The notes under the pieces were generated by a model, which was not told where the DNA came from, ran no database searches, and saw only the letters and a program-made list of their open reading frames with translations. A DNA stretch of 64,000 nt from Staphylococcus phage LY01. A program made the translations under genes and the position numbers. The DNA lies in sequence record OR836606.1; one strand, 5' to 3'. Shown here piece after piece: positions 60,387 to 64,000 of the stretch (the first letter of the stretch is position 1; every line of letters starts with the position of its first letter).

Positions 60387-62453
60387 TTAAATAAATATTC
60401 TAGAAACTAAATACTTAGATCTTACCTTTTTAAATTTCTTTTTAAAATCAGGTGTTATATTTTTATTATTATTGATTATATTAATATAACTATCAACTTC
60501 TAATTCATTTTCTTCATTAATATATTCAAATTTATTGTAATATAAAATACTATAGATATATTTATCTTCTTCAAAAGAATTATCTGATAAAGCCAACAAA
60601 TTATAAATCAAAGACATATATTTAGATAAACTTTCCCCATCCAAATCAGTAAAGATATTATCCATATTATTTATAAATTTATTTATATCTTTTCTAAAGA
60701 AATAACTTCCATCATTGATATCCAATTTTTTGTCTGGGTATAGACTGATTTCTCTATGCGAATATAAAAAGATAGTAGCAATATCCTCATCAGTTAATTT
60801 TTTCTTAAAAGTAACTCCTTGCATCATTATTTCTATTTTTTTAATATGCGTCCTATTTCCTATTACAGTAAAATTAATATTAAAGTTATCAAATTCAATA
60901 ATAGCGTTGGAATTTACTTTAGATGCATCATTAAAATTTTCTAATAATTTTTGCTCCATATACTGCATATTATTTTTTAATATATCACGATTTAATTCTT
61001 TTTTCACACTTAACTTATAGAAATATTCCATATTGATTTCGCTAGGTTTCATAAGAAGATTATTTACTTCTCCATTTGTTATGAAATCATCTAATAATGC
61101 AAAAGAGCTATCCTTCAATTTACTTACATCAACATTGGATAAATCTAAATATAATTTTTTAGTGTTATTTTTAAAATAATCAATTATTCTATTCATAACT
61201 TTTTCTTTTGATTCTCTAACATCTCTAATTACAGGCTTATATACACTATCATCTAAAACTTTGTATATACTTCTAATCATTAAAATTTCGAGATCGTCCA
61301 ATTCTATAAAGAAATCAAATAAACTTTCACCTATTAAAATCTTAGATGAGTCTTTTAATAGATTGGTATCATCTTTAATATATTTTCTAAAATTAGATAA
61401 TGTATTGTCAATATAATCTCTCAATATTTTTTCAAGGTCTTCATCTAATTCATTTTCTTTAATTATTAAATTAATATTATCTTCTATATTATCCGAATCA
61501 CTCTGTTCTATAAATTTATTAATAGAATCTGTTTTCATTTTAATACTTCTAATTAAATTAAACATGATTTCAATATCATCATTATTAGATAAAGATAATT
61601 CAGCATTTTCTAAGTGTTTTGGATTTTTATTTAAATAATCCTTATCTATTAAATCTAATATTAATTTGTAATTGATATTAGATGTTAAAGATAATATTGA
61701 TTTCAAAACTTCCGAAATACTTCTATCTACATTGATAATACTTCTATCCATGTTTGATAATTTGAAATCTGACCCTTCATATATGCTATTCGCTAATATA
61801 AATACTACTTCTGGAACTTCTTTAAATATAATATTCATGTCAGGTAATTCTTCATTTTCAATTGAATTTAGCCATTTTTTTCTTAATGAATTAGATACCA
61901 TTGTATCGATAGCTAGTAAAGATTCTAAACTAACTTGTTTATTTTTGTTTAAAAAATCTTTTTTCACATTTTTATCTAAAAATTCTATAGGTAGGCCATT
62001 ATCTGTTTTAAAAATATTAATATTTGTATTTCCATTTCTTAATAAGAAAGAGTCTTCCAATTTGGAGTTATTTTCTATAGATTGATGTATTTGATGTTTA
62101 CTTCTTTTAATTATGTCTACATCGTATATAAAAGATCTGAAAAATTTATCTGTACGACCAATACTATTCTCATCTAATAAATCTCCTTTATCAAGTCTAT
62201 TTATTAGGAAATTAATATATTTATCTTTATATTCATTAGAGCGAGTTAAAAACATATGTGTCATTCCCGCTTTAGAATAATTAATGAAATTTATTAAATT
62301 CTCATATACTCTAGAATTTTGATTATCATTTAATTTATCCCTAGTATTAGTATTTTTTCTATTATACATAGGTTTTAAATTAGAAAATTCTTTATTATAA
62401 ATAGTGACATTAAATAATTTTTCTAATTCATTTTTTACATTCTTATTTAACAT
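60387..62453 (-). CDS. hypothetical large protein
   Basis: 688 aa ORF. Confidence 0.4.
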   Translation of the reverse strand: MLNKNVKNELEKLFNVTIYNKEFSNLKPMYNRKNTNTRDKLNDNQNSRVYENLINFINYSKAGMTHMFLTRSNEYKDKYINFLINRLDKGDLLDENSIGRTDKFFRSFIYDVDIIKRSKHQIHQSIENNSKLEDSFLLRNGNTNINIFKTDNGLPIEFLDKNVKKDFLNKNKQVSLESLLAIDTMVSNSLRKKWLNSIENEELPDMNIIFKEVPEVVFILANSIYEGSDFKLSNMDRSIINVDRSISEVLKSILSLTSNINYKLILDLIDKDYLNKNPKHLENAELSLSNNDDIEIMFNLIRSIKMKTDSINKFIEQSDSDNIEDNINLIIKENELDEDLEKILRDYIDNTLSNFRKYIKDDTNLLKDSSKILIGESLFDFFIELDDLEILMIRSIYKVLDDSVYKPVIRDVRESKEKVMNRIIDYFKNNTKKLYLDLSNVDVSKLKDSSFALLDDFITNGEVNNLLMKPSEINMEYFYKLSVKKELNRDILKNNMQYMEQKLLENFNDASKVNSNAIIEFDNFNINFTVIGNRTHIKKIEIMMQGVTFKKKLTDEDIATIFLYSHREISLYPDKKLDINDGSYFFRKDINKFINNMDNIFTDLDGESLSKYMSLIYNLLALSDNSFEEDKYIYSILYYNKFEYINEENELEVDSYINIINNNKNITPDFKKKFKKVRSKYLVSRIFI

Positions 62454-62535
62454 CGTTTATTCTCCTTTAAGTAAAAAATTTTAAATATGAACGTCAATGG
62501 ATATTAATATTTATCCATTGACGTAAAATTTAAAA

Positions 62536-64000
62536 TTATCTATTATTGTCTATTTTTAATTCCAATACTTTACCTTTTGGCTCTCTAACTGAAAGATTAT
62601 TTTCATTTTCAGTGATAACCCAAATAACATCAGTTAATAGACCATATTCCACTTCAGGTTCACCAAATCCGTCTGAGAAGAATAGTAATGTGTCATCTTT
62701 TGATACTGAATATTTACGTTTATTATCTTTATTATTCAAGAAATTAAATACAGAACTGAAATAAGTTCCACCACGACCCATTACATAATCATTAAATTGA
62801 TTTGGTCTTTTCACTTCAACTACTTCTTCAACATCAGTTGAGAAGAATAATAAAACTAAATCAATTTTCATATCATTACTAATGTAATATAATTCAGCAA
62901 TAATTTCTTCAATTTCATTTCTACTCATTGAACCTGAAGTATCAATAGCTGCAAATAATTTACCTAATTTTCTACCAGGTAAAGTTCCACGTACATCATT
63001 ACGATAAGGTTGTCTTCTATTTCTTCTTAAGATAGTTTTTGTACTAGAAGAACGTTTTTTACCTACCTTAGCTTTAAGATAATCTTGCCATTTAATCTTA
63101 GGTTTACGTTTTAGAATTTCAATTTGTTCTTTAATATGAGCAGGTGTATCACCACGACTGTTATTACTAGCAGTTTCTAATAAATCATATAACTGATCTT
63201 TCATTCTCTCTTCTGTAGCATCTCCTTCAAGAGGATTAGAATCAAATTTATCTGCATATTTAGAATTTCCATCTAAAGAAGATGACATAGCCATATTACT
63301 TCCCATATCAGAAACATTTTGCCCGTCTTGCATACCGCCATCTTCACATTGCATACCTTGAGAACCTTGTTGCATATTATTTTGAATCATTTGATTTAAT
63401 ATATCTGATTTCATTTCTTGTATTTTATCAGATAAATCACTATTGTCTTTACTATCAAATTTATTATCTGAAGTATTATTTCTCATTGAATCTAGTAAAT
63501 CATTCATTTTCTCTTCTATATTTTTCTGATTTTGAGTATCATTACTGTTGTTTTCATCATTTTGATTCATTTCATCTAATTTATTCATATACTCTTGAGC
63601 TTTATTTTCAAAATCATCAACTTTGTTTTCTTCTAATTTGTTATCTTCTAATTTACTAGATAAATCATTTTTATCTTCAATATCTTTTAAATCTTCTAAC
63701 ATGTCTTTCAACATTTCGTTTTCTTCTTTCAATGAATCTTCATCACGTCCATTTTGTTTTTCTGAAGACTCTTGAATCATATTTTGCATAGATTCACCCA
63801 TAGAATCAAATATATCTTCTTCATTATTCTCTTTGTAGACATCTACTAATTTCTTAATATAATAGTGAGAAGCGTCATTATGATTTAATTTAAAATCTGT
63901 TTTATTAAATTTATCTTGAATATATCTTTCAATCTTGTCTACGTTAGGTGCAATTTCAGGTAAAACTTTTTTACTTGTATTAGCTTCACGTTTACCTAAT
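62536..64000 (-). CDS. vWA-domain protein (5' end beyond window)
   Basis: MIDAS motif AAIDTSGSMS with downstream vWA fold features; acidic, coiled N-terminal half. The reading frame stays open beyond 63801 to the window edge (...YIKKLVDVYKENNEEDIFDSMGESMQ). Confidence 0.5.
   Translation of the reverse strand, partial: LGKREANTSKKVLPEIAPNVDKIERYIQDKFNKTDFKLNHNDASHYYIKKLVDVYKENNEEDIFDSMGESMQNMIQESSEKQNGRDEDSLKEENEMLKDMLEDLKDIEDKNDLSSKLEDNKLEENKVDDFENKAQEYMNKLDEMNQNDENNSNDTQNQKNIEEKMNDLLDSMRNNTSDNKFDSKDNSDLSDKIQEMKSDILNQMIQNNMQQGSQGMQCEDGGMQDGQNVSDMGSNMAMSSSLDGNSKYADKFDSNPLEGDATEERMKDQLYDLLETASNNSRGDTPAHIKEQIEILKRKPKIKWQDYLKAKVGKKRSSSTKTILRRNRRQPYRNDVRGTLPGRKLGKLFAAIDTSGSMSRNEIEEIIAELYYISNDMKIDLVLLFFSTDVEEVVEVKRPNQFNDYVMGRGGTYFSSVFNFLNNKDNKRKYSVSKDDTLLFFSDGFGEPEVEYGLLTDVIWVITENENNLSVREPKGKVLELKIDNNR

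Overview
This 64 kb window is about 25% GC and densely coded, with Shine-Dalgarno sites (AGGAG/GGAGG) and rho-independent terminator hairpins. It reads as part of a large, probably jumbo, phage of a low-GC Gram-positive host. Two separate lysins, an amidase_2 and a CHAP peptidase, each carry an SH3b-type wall-binding domain, which points towards staphylococci or relatives. Everything below rests on manual alignment to remembered E. coli RNAP and T4 gp43 motifs.

**Main content**
- A phage multisubunit RNA polymerase is present in pieces. The beta subunit spans 4971-11591 (+). Beta-prime is split into an N-terminal gene (48166-50712, -) and a C-terminal gene (2874-4431, -).
- A second, intron-free beta-prime C-terminal paralog (30336-32249, -) implies two RNAP sets, as in phiKZ-like phages.
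- A T4-like family B DNA polymerase is split into two genes about 15 kb apart (37642-35626 and 57234-53051, both -).
- A virion/late block at 11.7-24.3 kb (+) ends with the two lysins.
- There is an SbcC-like ATPase, an SF2 helicase, and a tandem array of eight or more paralogous genes with a conserved C-terminal ...DEKxIKxYLVKNNFK tail.

**Most striking feature**
A family of at least 16 group I introns sits inside the RNAP and DNA polymerase genes. Fourteen are unusually compact (about 130-180 nt). They carry recognisable P/Q/R/S core elements (TTAATTGCTGG ... ATCAGCATCA ... GTTCAACGACTAAATA ... GATATAGTCT), and their P5, P8 and P9 hairpins show covariation between copies. Two larger copies (about 370-450 nt) are also present.

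They sit at universally conserved motifs and leave micro-exons of 9-30 nt. One 9-nt micro-exon encodes the F-D-G of the catalytic NADFDGD loop of beta-prime.

Two of the introns are IStrons, meaning a group I intron fused to a TnpB gene (6804-8006 (+) and 55010-56158 (-)). Each has a GC-richer candidate omega-RNA region at its 3' end.

Exact splice junctions are inferred from protein alignment and are uncertain by several nucleotides.
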